Positions 37,303 to 49,454 of a stretch of DNA of 64,000 bases are shown piece by piece (the stretch's first letter is position 1; each line of letters starts with the position of its first letter). This stretch comes from Isurus oxyrinchus. Its lineage: Eukaryota. The translations under genes and the position numbers were made by a program. The stretch lies in the NCBI GenBank assembly GCA_026770705.1, contig JANJGN010000009.1, positions 124,682,001-124,746,000 of the forward strand, in the 5' to 3' direction. The notes under the pieces are model-generated. The model saw only the letters and a list, made by a program, of their open reading frames with translations. It was not told the origin of the DNA and did not search any database.

Positions 37303-38120
37303 CAGACATTTGCAAAGGGAATTTGTTGGATTGAATGATTTGGCAAAACTGTTGTGGGTAAAAGCTTAATGTGGAGAAGCGAGAAGTTATCCCCCTCGGA
37401 CCAAAGATAGATCACAGTACTTTCTAAATGGTGAGAAGCAAAGGAACTATGGAGGAGTAGGTGGATATACCAGTCCAAGTACAGAAATCACTATAAACTA
37501 CGAAATATAATTCAAAGGGATAACATAAAGTGGGCTTTTATCTCAAAGGCACTAAAATACAAAGAGATGGAAGTTATGTTATATAAAGATCTAGTTAGAT
37601 CCTACTTCATGTACCAATTTCAGTTCTGGGCACCATGCCTCAGGAAGGATGGATGGAGTTGGATGGAGGTCTTGGATGGAGTTCAGTGGCAATTCACCAG
37701 AATGAACTGTGGTTAATAGGATTAAACTTTGAGGGAAGTTTGCACAAACTAGGCTTATATTCCCTTGTGTATAGAAGATTAAGGGTGATTTAATCGTTGT
37801 TTAAGTTGATTAAAGGAATTGATAGTTTCTCTCTGTCTACCCTATTTTCTCTGGTAGAGGAATGCAGATCAAGGGACCATAGCCTTAAAATTAAAGAGAG
37901 TGAGGTTTTAGGGGTGATGGCAGAAATCACTCTTCACACAGAGGGAACTCTGTCCCCAAAAAGCTATTGAAGTTGGGTCAATTGAAGATTTCAAAACTGA
38001 GATTAATAGATTGTTGTTAGGCAAGGATTACAGAGCCAAGAGAAGTAGATGGACTTAAGAGACAGTTCAGCCATGACTGAATTGACTATCGGAACAGACT
38101 TGAAGGGCTGAATGGCCATC
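37303..38120 (+). mobile_element. Degenerate CR1 3' fragment
   Basis: YKDLVRSYFMYQFQFWAPCLRKD..QWQFTRM remnants and a gaagggctgaatggcc 3' end. Confidence 0.7.
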
Positions 38121-39261
38121 CTTCTCTTATACCCAATTAATTTTAACATAACATGTGCTAGAGTTGATTAATCACTGCCAGTGTGGGAACAGTGTAGGAA
38201 CATCCTGGTACATAGCACCTCTGCTGCACATCTCTTGTAATCAACATAGACCCGATTCAGTTCATTAAAAACAAGCTTAATTTGGTTTAATTCAGCCAAA
38301 CTGAAATTCTTTTTTCAAAAAGCAAGTATCAACAATTGAGAAAATTCTACATAGCACCTGAGCAACACAGCTGGAAAAGATATCTGTTATACAATGAATG
38401 CTCACAATCTTTCATGGTCAATCAACATGGAATAATCCACTCTATACATGTATATTTCTTTCCCCTCCCTAGGAAGTCCAGTGTCACATATATTTCCTTG
38501 TCTGTGAATGAAGTAGGTGATTTGCTCCCAGACTCCAACATTGCCAGATCACACTCCGCTTACTGGCTGCTGAGCAGTGACAGAGATCCGGATTCATCCA
38601 TTCAGCTCCTTCTGAATGGGGATATAGTTTGTCTTTTTAATCCACTTGACCTCTGTAGTACAATGGGTTTGGACACTGATGGTGCTTATTTTAATAACTT
38701 GCTGCTGGGATCATTTAAGAGCTGAGGTGTGGCATGCCTTGAAGGGCCAGTTCTTGCCACTGTACCCACCTGAGTCATGGCATCAGCAGTGGGCACTGAA
38801 TGGAGGTCAAGTATTTCTCCATGAAGAGGGTGCATCAGAAGTCAGTTTGAATTGTCCTGCTCTGATGTCCCTCTTAGCATCCAGATTAAAACAGGCAAAG
38901 ACCAGCAATTAAGTGGTTGCCTGTCTTTGACAGTGGGACAGTGACAAAGGATAACCACTGGGAGAAAGGGTAACAAAATCAAAACAAAGTCAAGTATACA
39001 ATCCTATAACTAATACAGTTGCTAATGGCTAAAATCCATTTAAAAAATCCATCGCTGGTGTATTTTGTAACTAATATAATTCATAATAAAAATCCCACAA
39101 CTATGATAATCAGGAACTTTGCTGGTGTTGGTAATCAGCCAACAATATTTACAGTAGGATTGTAAGATAAAAACAGAACCTTCTGAAAACACAAAACAGC
39201 TGCAGCATCTGAGAAGAGGGAAACAGAATTTTGCATTTTGCTTTGTCATCTGAACAACACC

Positions 39262-40396
39262 TTGATTAGGAACTGCACCTGAACCGGATCGGGAATCACA
39301 AACGAAATCTGAACCTGATCAGGAATTGTACCCAAAATCTGAACCGGATCAGGAATTGCACCCAAAATCTGAATCGGATCAGAAATCCACCCAAAATCTG
39401 AACCGGATCAGGAATCGCACCCAAAATCTGAACCCGATCAGGAATCGCACCCAAAATCTGAACCCGATCAGGAATCACACCCGAAATCTGAACCTGATCA
39501 GGAATTGCACCTGAAATCTGAACCGGATCAGGAATCACACCCAAAATCTGAGTCTGATCAGGAATTTCACCTGAAATCCGAATCTTATTGGGAATCACAC
39601 CCGAAATCTGAACCAGATCAGAAATCGCACCCAAAATCTAAACTGGATCAGGAATCACACCTGAAATCTGAATCTGATCAGGAATCGCACCAAAATCTGA
39701 ACCTGACCGGGAATTGAACTCGAAATCTGAACCTGATCAGGAATTGAACTCGAAATCTGAACCTGGTCATGAATCGAACCCAAAATATGAACTAGATCAG
39801 GAACTGAACATGAAAGCTGAACCGGATCAGGAATTGCACCGAAATCTGAACCTGATCAGGAACTGAACTCAAAATCTGAACCTGATCATGAATCGAAGCC
39901 AAAATATGAAGTAGATCAGGAACTGAACATGAAAGCTGAACCGGATCAGGAATTGCACCGAAATCTGAACCTGATCGGGAATCACACCCAAAATCTGAAC
40001 CGGATCAGGAATTGCACCCAAAATCTGAATCGGATCAGGAGTCGCACCCAAAATCTGAATCGGATCAGGAGTCGCACCCAAAATCTGAATCGGATCAGGA
40101 ACGGCACCCGAAAACTGAACCAAATCAGGAATTGAACCTGAACCCTGAACCTGATCAGGAATCGATTCCAAAATATGAACCTGAAGAGGAATCGCACCTA
40201 AAATCTGAACCAGATCGTGAATTGAACCCAAAATCTGAACTGGATCAGGAATTGCACCTGAACCCTGAACCAGATCAGGGATTGCACCTGAAATCTGAAC
40301 CTGATCAGGAATTGAACCCAAAATCTGAAACGGATCAGGAATCGCACCTGAAATCTGAACCAAATCGTGAATCGAGCCTGAAATCTGAACCTGATC
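39262..40396. repeat. 30-bp tandem repeat (gatcaggaatcgcacccaaaatctgaaccg), about 38 units
   Basis: Directly visible; 10-aa periodic ORFs (ESHPKSEPDQ / GAIPDPVQIL). Confidence 0.97.
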
Positions 40397-41859
40397 TTCA
40401 CCCTTTCAGGATCTGCAGTGTATTTTCAGAAATTTCCATTTTATTTCAGATATCCAGCATTCCCAGTTTTTAACCCCTGCAGTAAAAATGATCCAGCCTG
40501 TTCTAACACATCACTAACTGCCTACAACCTGCAAAAGGCATAAAGAACAATGAAGTAAACATGAAACAAAAAGTGTAGCTAAGATTAATAGTTTAAAGCA
40601 AAATCAATGAATAGGTTTGTCATATGAACCTGATTACGCAGCAATCCTTGATGCTCATTAGCTTGGAAATTCTCTCCCTTGCCCCCATACGGAGAATCTG
40701 TTTATCACCTCACGCAAGCTTATTAAAAATGATAGTGCAATTAAAATATTTACAGGCTGCCTTTTCATCGCCTGCTCCAGTAGGAGCCGGCAAGCGAGGG
40801 TCAGGTAGATGTTCCTTGCAGAGAAGCAGACCAGGAGCTCGGCCAGATTCACACTTGGCAGAAGGTAGCATAGCATGTTTGGAGGTAACGTTGCTTTCAA
40901 AAGTCCTCTTGGTGATTTATCGCTGTTCAGGCACAAGTGGACAAGCTGTGATAAGAGAAGGCCGTAGTTCCAACCAGTTCAAGATGAATTGTTTGGTTTT
41001 TGCTGGTACAAGCAATAGACTGGAAGCAGAATCACAAACAATTTTTCAAAATCTATAGCCTCAAAATTATGCCATGCGACAGCATGGAGCAAGTTTTAAA
41101 TGTGCATGTACAATTACTGTTACTTTACTTGAAAAGGTTAATGTTGGTGTGAAATTACTATTTCATGACAGCGTTAACATTAACATGAAATTTTTAAGAT
41201 TAATGTCTCCATTAAATTACACGGAATAATTTTGTATGTCACATGGATACAGTTGCACATAAGAAACTATTCGCAAAAGTTAAAGCCCACTGGAATGGAA
41301 GGCAAATTATCGACCTGCAAGAGATTGGTTAGGCAGTGGAAAACCAAGAATAGAGATAATGGGCAGAATTTTACGTCTCGTGGGCGGGTACGCTACCGAC
41401 CCGATCGGGCATAAAATCGCACAAGAAGACATCGGGCGAGTGTCTCGATGTCACCCCACATGTGTGCAATCTTTAGGTTGGTGGGCGCCTGTGGGTGTCA
41501 GAACCATCTTCACCATCAGTGATAAGGCCACTTAAGGTCCTTAAAAACCCAATTGATCCAGATTTTACATTGCTTGTGTGATTTTGCGCTTGTCGAACAG
41601 GCAGGCGGGCAGCCTACATTTTTCAAAACCTCATCCAAGGGTGGGATAAAAAGTGTCAGCAGCATTGCCATTGTGAGTAGTGAATAGCTCAGGAGATAGT
41701 TTTCTGCTGGTTGCTTATTTGAACTTCATCTCTGTTCTGAGATTCATTCTTAGCATTTCTAGGCTTCATTTCAGGACTCATTGATGTCGCCAAGGCCCCT
41801 GGAGGATTTTGACCATATGGATCCTTCCAGATACCAGACAGCCTTCTGTTACCCTGGTT

Positions 41860-43036
41860 ATGGGGATTGTGGTCTCTGCTGGAGGCACCTCCTCTGAGGA
41901 GGAAGAGAGGGGCAGGTGTTCCTATGCAGCTTCCAGGGGAGTGACTTGTGGGAGGAGAGGCGCAGGGACAAGGGCTCAAGGCCAGCAGGTAGTCCAAAGT
42001 GGAAGAGGCTGCAGTAGATGCCACCAACCTGCTGCCAGGGTTTATAGGCAGCGGTGCAGCTACCTCAACATGTCTGAGATGCAATGCCGAAGGAGGATCC
42101 GCCTCTCCAGGGAGACTGTGACCTCCATCTGTCAGATGATTGGGTCAGTGGCTCTAAAGGTCACAGTGGCCCTCAACTTCTATGCCTCTGGCTCTTTCCA
42201 GGGGTCAGTGGGGATCTGTGTGGAGTCTCCCAATCAGTTGTCCACAGTTGTATCAAGCTGGTGACAGAAGCTCTGTTCAGGTGGGTAATGACATTTATTC
42301 ATTTCTATACAGAAGAGGCCAGCCAAGCAGAGTGAGCCAGAGGGTTTACAGTGATTGCTGGGTTCCCCCACATCCAGGGTGCAGTCAACTGCAAACATGT
42401 GGCCATCAAGGCGCCAGCGGGTCAGCCACGTGCCTTCATCAACAGGAAGGGATTCCACTTGATGAACGTCCAGATAGTTTGTGACCACAAGACGCAGATT
42501 CTGCAAGTTTGTGCAAGGTACCCTGGCAACTCCCATGATGCTTATATCCCCCCCAGGCACTCCCAGGTGCCAAGGCTATTCAGTGCTCCAGCCCAACTGG
42601 ATGGATGGCTGCTGGGTGACAAAGGCTATCTTTTGAAAATGTGGCTTATGACATCTTTCCACCACCCAAGAACAGAGGCAGAGCAGCGTTATAATAGGAG
42701 TTATGCCTCCACAAGGGTGGTGATAGAGAGGACCATAGGTCTGAAGATGCGCTTCCGATGCCTGGACCATTCAGGGGAAGCACCACAATATCCCCAGAGT
42801 GGGTGCCACTGATAGTGGTTGCATGCTACGCTTTCCACAATCTGGCATTGGCAAGGGGAGACCCACTGGAGGAAGAGGACCTTGAGGCAGCTCCACAGGC
42901 CACAGAGGATGAATCCAGTAGTGAGTCAGAAGAGAAGCACAGTGAGGAGAATGCTGAAGGCATAGAGGCAGACCTCTGTATACTTCAGAGAGGCAGGGAC
43001 ACCAAGAACACCTTGGTTCAACGCTCTTTCAGCTAG
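41860..43036 (+). pseudogene. Harbinger (HARBI1-like) DDE transposase, frameshifted
   Basis: [89 protein letters not shown]. Confidence 0.92.
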
Positions 43037-43366
43037 GCTGCCAAAAATCTGCTTCTACCTCATGCCAGGGCTGCCACCTCCATCCAAGATGTCTGTAATG
43101 ACCCTTTCATTTGAACCCAAAGTCCTCTCAGTGCCTGTGCAATAAAGTTCTAGAGTCACTCACATCTAGCATTACCTACTGGTGTACCCTGCACCAAAAA
43201 AAAAAGACGAAGTAGACTCAAACCAGAATGATAAAAACAAAAACTTATGTAATTTTCACATTCAAAGCACAGTAACATTACCATCTCTGGTGTTAATTTC
43301 CACCCCAGTAAACATATAAACAAGATATAACAGAACAGAAGACTGCCTGTGAACAGTCCCTCGTGC

Positions 43367-45156
43367 TCATGGTGCCTTAAACTTACGTTTGCGAGTGCTA
43401 CGTCTTGGTGCCTCCCCCTCATTGGCAGCGGCATTGGAGGCAGCCTGCTGACTCTGCTGTCTTGTTGGTCTTGATGACCTCGGCAGTTGTCCTCTGGCCT
43501 ATGGAGCCTGTGCTGACCCCACCTGGTAGGGAACAGCCAGTGCCACGGGCTGGCATTTCCCCAGTCATCTCATCAGGTGCCACAGTCACTGACAGAGGAG
43601 CAGAGGAGCTGCTGCTGTCATCCAGAGCGCCCTGAGAAGAGTCCACAGAGATGACAGGCAACTCATATGCCAACATGAAGTCGCTCTGGACCTCCCTGCT
43701 TGCCATTGATGGACGGGCACTCAGCTGGGATACTGGGTGGCTCATCCATCTCCCACACTGGCACTAACCATCTAAGGTCATTGACTGTGTGAGGGTTTAC
43801 AGGTCCGAGCACAACCCCAAGAACCCCTGATTCTATCCCTGGAGTTGCCTCTCCATGAGAGTCGCCACTGTCTCATTGGAGGAGGCAGTGCGCTCGGCCA
43901 TGAGGGTCAACGCAATGCTCATGCTCCGCATGGACTCCTCCACAACAGAGACCTTGGCACGCATATCCTCATGGATCTCCACCAGATCCTCCCGCACATC
44001 TCACTGAACATTCAGCATCTGCCACCTAATGGATGACTCCAGAGGCTCATCATCTGCCTTTGACTGAGCATCGTCCTGGTCTATAGCAACCCTCTGACAG
44101 CTGGTGCCCTGGGCACTCCTTGCACCTTAAGTGAGCGTGAAGTGCCCTCACTGCTGTGCTCCAACATTCTATCCAAATTCGCCCTCCGAGGTGCTGGTCC
44201 TTTGGCATCAGGGGTGACTCTTCGGTGTCCTGCGAATGAGTGCATGTTGGCGAATCTAAGGGAGAACAACGACACATCATTAGTTTAAGTCATCCATCAC
44301 ACTGTCACTGTGCATGCCAGACACCCTGGTGAGACAGTGGAGATCTGCATCGTGGTGCCATCCTCTTTCAATGATCAATGGGAAGTCCAGTTTTGAGGCT
44401 CCCATCAATGATGAGACGACACAAAAATGTTTGCACCATCTGAAACTCTTACCTATGTGCCCTGCATTCTTACCTTCATCTGACACCCCTGTCTCTCCCC
44501 AACCAGCTGAATAAGGTGCATGCCGGCTCTCCATTTCCAAGGCGTCCTGCTCAAATTTAGAAGTTTTGGGGGCCCCCGCCTGTCCATGACCTCTCAATGC
44601 TGTTGTGGCTCATCTTCTCCTGAAAGTATAGAGGAGCAAAGATTAGCTGACTCTCTACCTGCAGCGCCATTGCAGCCTGGCCAACCCCACCTGAGGAACA
44701 CCTCACAGGGCACATCTGAGTCACGAACCTCGAGCTGCAAGGCACTCGGTCCAGGGCTCACCCCCTTGGCCAGCTCCGGCGTCATTGACAGCTGGCGCTT
44801 AGACCCTAACACACCTAAGCTCCATGGGGATGGCCAGCCCTAAACACTTCACCACACTGATCCATACCAATGCGGTACTCACTGTTCCTGAGCGCAGCAG
44901 GTTGTTAAAGCTTTTGCGGCACTGCACCCATGTGTGCTGCACAACGTCGTGGCTGCTGACCTGCGCTGCCACCTCCTCCCAAGCTTTTTTTGTAAGGTAT
45001 GGTGGCCTCCTCCTTCCATCTCTGGGGAATGCCATGTCCCAACCTGGCAGCCACCTCCTCCAGGAGGACTATGTGGCACCCATCCAAAAGCCGGGAGGCT
45101 GAGTGCCCACCCAACCTGCCCTCCCGTCTGGCGTCTCCAACCGCTGTTGAGGCCAT
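43367..45156 (-). pseudogene. Harbinger Myb/SANT-like gene, three exons (exon 1 45156-44883, exon 2 44619-44474), decayed
   Basis: FPRDGRRRPPYLTKKAWEEVAAQVSS..HTWVQCRKSFNNL|gtgagt; tttcag|EKMSHN..TGGG; C-terminus APRRSTRKRKFKAP*. Confidence 0.85.
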
Positions 45157-47303
45157 AGCTTCACTCTCCAGAATGCAGAATATATGATTCTTCCCTGGCA
45201 GCCTTCAAGGAGCTGCCTGTGCCATTTTGAAACTGCCCACTTGGGTGCCATTGGACCTGGCGTCCGACAGGCCCCCACCCAGCCCTTCCCGACCATTGGG
45301 AAAACGTGTTTCACGCTGGGCAGGCTTTAATTGGCCAACCTGTGTGAAATCACGGTTGGGAGCTGATTGTGGTCGGGGGATGTTTCCTGGCCTGTCTCGG
45401 GCCCGCCAATTGCGCCTGCCCGCCAAGGATAAAATTCAGGCTAATGTGTATGTAATCAAATTGGAAGAAAATCCTACCTGGATCCACAATGGTGCCTCAA
45501 TTATTCACTATCATTATTAATAACTTAAATAACACAATGTAGAGTTATATATCCAAATTTGCCAATGACACAAGGATTGGTGACAGAGTAAGCAATGCAA
45601 ATGGGGGGAAAAAAATTACAAAGAGACATTGATAGACTAACTGAGTGCACAAAACAGTGGCAGATGGATTTGAATGTAGGTGAGTGTGAGGTCATTCGTT
45701 TTGAACCAAAAATAGATAGACTTGAGTATTTTTTGAAATAGTAGTAAGTTAGGAGCAGTGGTGGTCAAAGGAGATTTTGGGGTCCACGTACATAGAACAC
45801 TAAAATGTAGTGGCCAGGTACAAAAAAAAAATCTCAAAGGCTAATGGGGATGTTAGTCTTTATATCTAGAAGGCTGAAATATAAAGGGAAGGAAGTTTTG
45901 CCAAAGTGTACAAAGCTCTGGTTAGATCATATCCGTAGTACTATGTTCTACGTTCTGGGGCACTGCACCTTAGAAAGGATATATTGGCCTTGGAAGAAAT
46001 GCAGTGCACATTCATCAGAAATTAACTAGGCTTCCATGAGTTAACTTATGAAGACAGAATACATAAACTAAGCTTGTATTCTCTGCAATGTAGAAAGTTA
46101 AAGGATGATCTGATTTTAGGCTTTTAGCATTTTTTTTAAAATTGATAGGCTTGAGAAGGCTAAACTTTATCCATGGTTGGGAGAGTCTACAACAAGGAGA
46201 TATAACCCAAAAATCATTGCCAGACAATTCATGAGACAAGTTAGGAAATGCACAGAGGGTGGTAGAAATGTGGACTGACCAAAAGCAGTAGATGTTAATT
46301 AGCCCAATTACTAATTTTAAATCTGGAATTGATAAATTTTTGCTAGCCAAGGGTATTAAGGGAAATGCACAGCAGGTGTATGGAATTAGGATACAGATGA
46401 GCCTTGAGGGGCTGAATGATCTGTTCCTCTTCATTTGCTCTTAATATCAATATTGTGTCATTTTGAAGTGTGAGCATCCATATTTGGCACTTAGAACCAT
46501 GGAGGAGATGAAAAGGGGTTTTTAATCGTCTGTCTTTTCCTTAACATATTCTGAAGTATAAATATTCATGTCTAGTCATGCATTTGTAACCGTGTTGATA
46601 ACTAGCCAGTACACCAGATACCTTTTAACAGTTGAACTGGAAATAGATTGACATACATTGACACCCCAAGTTGCCATGACAGGATTCTAAATTGGGGCCT
46701 CAGATTTTCCTACATGGTGTGTTCCCAATTGTACCAGTGAAGCCGGGGGTGGGGGTGGGTGTGGGTGTGTAGAGTGTTGGGGTGGAGGTTGACAAGCTTT
46801 CCCATCAATCAGCAACTGGATGATGCTAACGCCTGCCTCTTAGTGGCTTCTGGCTGCAGAACTGGTGAGGAGGTTCTGCTTTAAAAACTTGTAGAAGAAA
46901 AGAAGGGTGTTTCAGTAGGAGGTTTTTGTTGAATCTTTAAAGGGGTCATCACAATTTAGGGGAGAAATTATCTGGCTGGTTCTGTAGCATTGTCATTTTG
47001 CCATCAAGTGTTGTTACAACAGAAATAACATTACATTGTTTGTTTAATAAAACATGGTCAGTATTTCAACCTACGCTGATTGTAGAATTGATGTGTTATT
47101 TGTCAGAGAATGTATTTATAAATTTCAACATTTAAACAATAATTTTTATATCCTTTTCAATCCTGTCAAAATGCAAAATATGTCTAAATCTATAACTTCT
47201 ATTTTTGGATTTAGATGTAGTTTCTTGAATTACCAGCTGACTGTTAGTTTCTTCAGGTTGGTGTGAAAGATTAAATTCAAAATGTTCATATTGTTGGACT
47301 TGA

Positions 47304-47316
47304 TGCCACCTGCTGG
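47304..47316 (-). promoter_or_regulatory. CTCF core consensus motif (CCAGCAGGTGGCA)
   Basis: 13/13 match to CCASYAGRKGGCR; binding not demonstrated. Confidence 0.45.
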
Positions 47317-47804
47317 TGCAACATCAGTTTACAAAAAGCTTCAATCTGTTTGCATGACTCTGTGGGCTGAGGAATCATCATAAATGGGCAGAGATTCTTC
47401 AACTTTAGATTTTTAGTATTTGTTTAAAATGTTAAACATATCTCGCTGAACCGTGTAGTCATACAAACTCTTCCCACCGAATCACTGCATTACTCATTTA
47501 TTCTCCATCCACCACCTCCTGCCCAATGCTGTGAAATGGAAGGGAGTGGGTTTTCAGCTGTTGAACACTCCTGGCTTGGAGATGACTGTGCAAACCACTC
47601 AGCTTTTACTCTCCTAATCTGCGCACCCCGAGGGATATATTGCAATCTGTAAGATGCTTCCACATTTCCTCATTGCTGTTTGGCAACATTGTTCACGCAG
47701 AACAGCTTCTGTCTTTTGCGTGTTACAACAATCATTGAAGACCCCCAAAAGTAAACTGCTGTGAGACGTTTCCCAATCTTTTATGTAAATTTGTTTGCAA
47801 AAGA

Positions 47805-48395
47805 AAAAAAATGCATTTATATAGCATTATCGATACCTCCGGCATGCCCCAAAGTGCTTGACAGCCAATTAAGTTTTTTTTTCAAACAAAATGCAGTCAC
47901 TGTTGTAATGTTGGAAATACAAGAGCCAATTTGTGCACAGCAAGCTCCTATAAACAGCAATATGATAAAGACCAGATAAGCTGTTTTGTTGTTGGTTAAG
48001 CAATATTAACACTGGTCAGGAAACTGGGGCACAACCCACTGCTCTTCTTCAAAACAATGCCATGGGATACAAACAAAAAATGCTGGAAAATACTCAGCAA
48101 GTTAGGCAACACCTGTGTAGAGAAATAAACAGAGCAAATGTTAACTCCATTTCTCTCTCTACCTAGATGCTGCTTAAACTGCTGAGTTTTTTCCAGCATT
48201 TTCTGTTTTCATGTCAGGTTTCCAGCACATGCAGCGTAGTGCTTTTTGATTAATGCCGGGGGGATATTTTACATCCACCTGAGAAGGCGGACAGGGCTTG
48301 GGATTAATGATTCTTCAGAAAGACAGCACCTCTGACAGTGCAGTACTCCCTCTGGACTGCACTAGTGTGTCAGCTCAGATTTTGTGTTGAGGTTC
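47805..48395 (-). mobile_element. Deu-domain SINE interrupted by a fold-back mini-element
   Basis: Reverse complement of the 4005-4337 plus 13711-13796 SINE (gacagcacctctgacagtgcagtactccctc; tgcatttatatagc tail). Confidence 0.75.
48069..48251. mobile_element. Fold-back mini-element made of two Penelope pLTR 3' ends
   Basis: aaaatgctggaaaatactcagca.. and ..tgctgagttttttccagcatttt inverted around gttaac; TSD-like aatgccatgggat / aatgccggggggat. Confidence 0.7.
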
Positions 48396-48468
48396 CTGCA
48401 TTTATACACTGCTGTCTCTATCATTTGATGGGACCAAGGTTATTATAATATTGGACAAGTTCTGTTTA

Positions 48469-48481
48469 CCACTAGATGGCA
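48469..48481 (+). promoter_or_regulatory. CTCF core consensus motif (CCACTAGATGGCA)
   Basis: 13/13 match to CCASYAGRKGGCR; binding not demonstrated. Confidence 0.45.
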
Positions 48482-48611
48482 TCTGATGAATATACTTACA
48501 CAAAACATCAAATGTCTCCTCCAATAGAAAGATCAGTAGAAACAGATTACAATTTTAAACAAGCCTTTAATGGGTTACTACAGCATTTCCCTCAGCATTA
48601 TCCTATGCAGC

Positions 48612-49454
48612 GGGCCCAAATTTCTCTGGAAGGGCAATCAGCATTGGATTGCCTCTCTGTGCCCAATTACTTAGGCTAATCTTTCTTTGATCCTACTCAG
48701 GCTGGGCGAGATCCAGGCAGTGCAGTGCAACCCCAGGGCCCAGCATCGAAGTGCCGGAGAGTCCAAGTGAAGGAGACCACGCCCCCTTTTTCTACGGTAC
48801 TAGCTGCCATAACCCAAGTAAGTTTAAAGGTCCAGTGAAATTTAAAGTTCCTGGACAGGCCAGGGAGAAGATAAGTGCCTAAGGTTGGTCGATAAGATTT
48901 GGGGGATCGGGGGTCGGAAGTCAGGAAGGTCGGAGGTCAGAGAGGGGTTGGGCCTTGAGGAGGGGTGTGTGGTGATAGTCGGGCCTTGGGTCGGGTCTAG
49001 TTGGGCCACCGGGGGTGGCGGGGAGGAATACTGCAGGGGAATAGTGGTCAGGGTGTGGTGCCTGTTGGGGGTAGGGGTTGGAAGGGAGTGGGGGAATCCC
49101 CTGGGGTGGTCAGGACATGAGGCTAGTCCCATGGGGGAGAAATTTGAGAGGTCAGGGTGTGAAGGTAGTCTCATGGGGGGTTTCTGTATAATAGTGACCC
49201 AGAAGTTAGAAGTGGTTTCAATTCTTCTAACTTTTTCTGGGTAACTGTTGGTGTAACCCAGTCTCAACCATCTGAAGCTTGTGAATTATATTGCATTTTC
49301 AGATGGTTCCCAGTGCAGGCCAATGGCCCAGGGCCCATTTGCACTTCCAAGCAATTGCCATGCAAACCTTACCTGTGAACTTCCGAAGGGGATTCCTCAG
49401 CGCATCTTTGGGGTACTCCTCAATCCGAGCTGGGGAGATTGAGAGTTAAGGCCC
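48612..49454. mobile_element. Probable Harbinger-type MITE
   Basis: Ends gggcccaaattt / gagttaaggccc, flanks agc/aac, GC-rich block with a G-rich core like the other MITEs here. Confidence 0.45.

Larger units (their letters stand above)
41361..45442. mobile_element. Two-gene Harbinger transposon, decayed
   Basis: TIRs gggcagaatttta / taaaattcaggct, AAT on both flanks, convergent transposase and Myb genes. Confidence 0.9.
41230..46425 (+). mobile_element. Degenerate CR1 RT/3' fragment split by a Harbinger (parts 41230-41360 and 45446-46425)
   Basis: VAHKKLFAKVKAH.GMEGK..DWLGSGK before the insertion; PQLFTIIINNL..ISKFANDTRIG after it; CR1 3' end at about 46410. Confidence 0.75.

Noticed and set aside
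39262-40396. CRISPR-like array or repetitive protein (ESHPKSEPDQ)n
   Set aside because: Units are contiguous with no unique spacers, the context is eukaryotic with no cas genes, and ORFs appear in several frames on both strands and are broken by 29-bp units.
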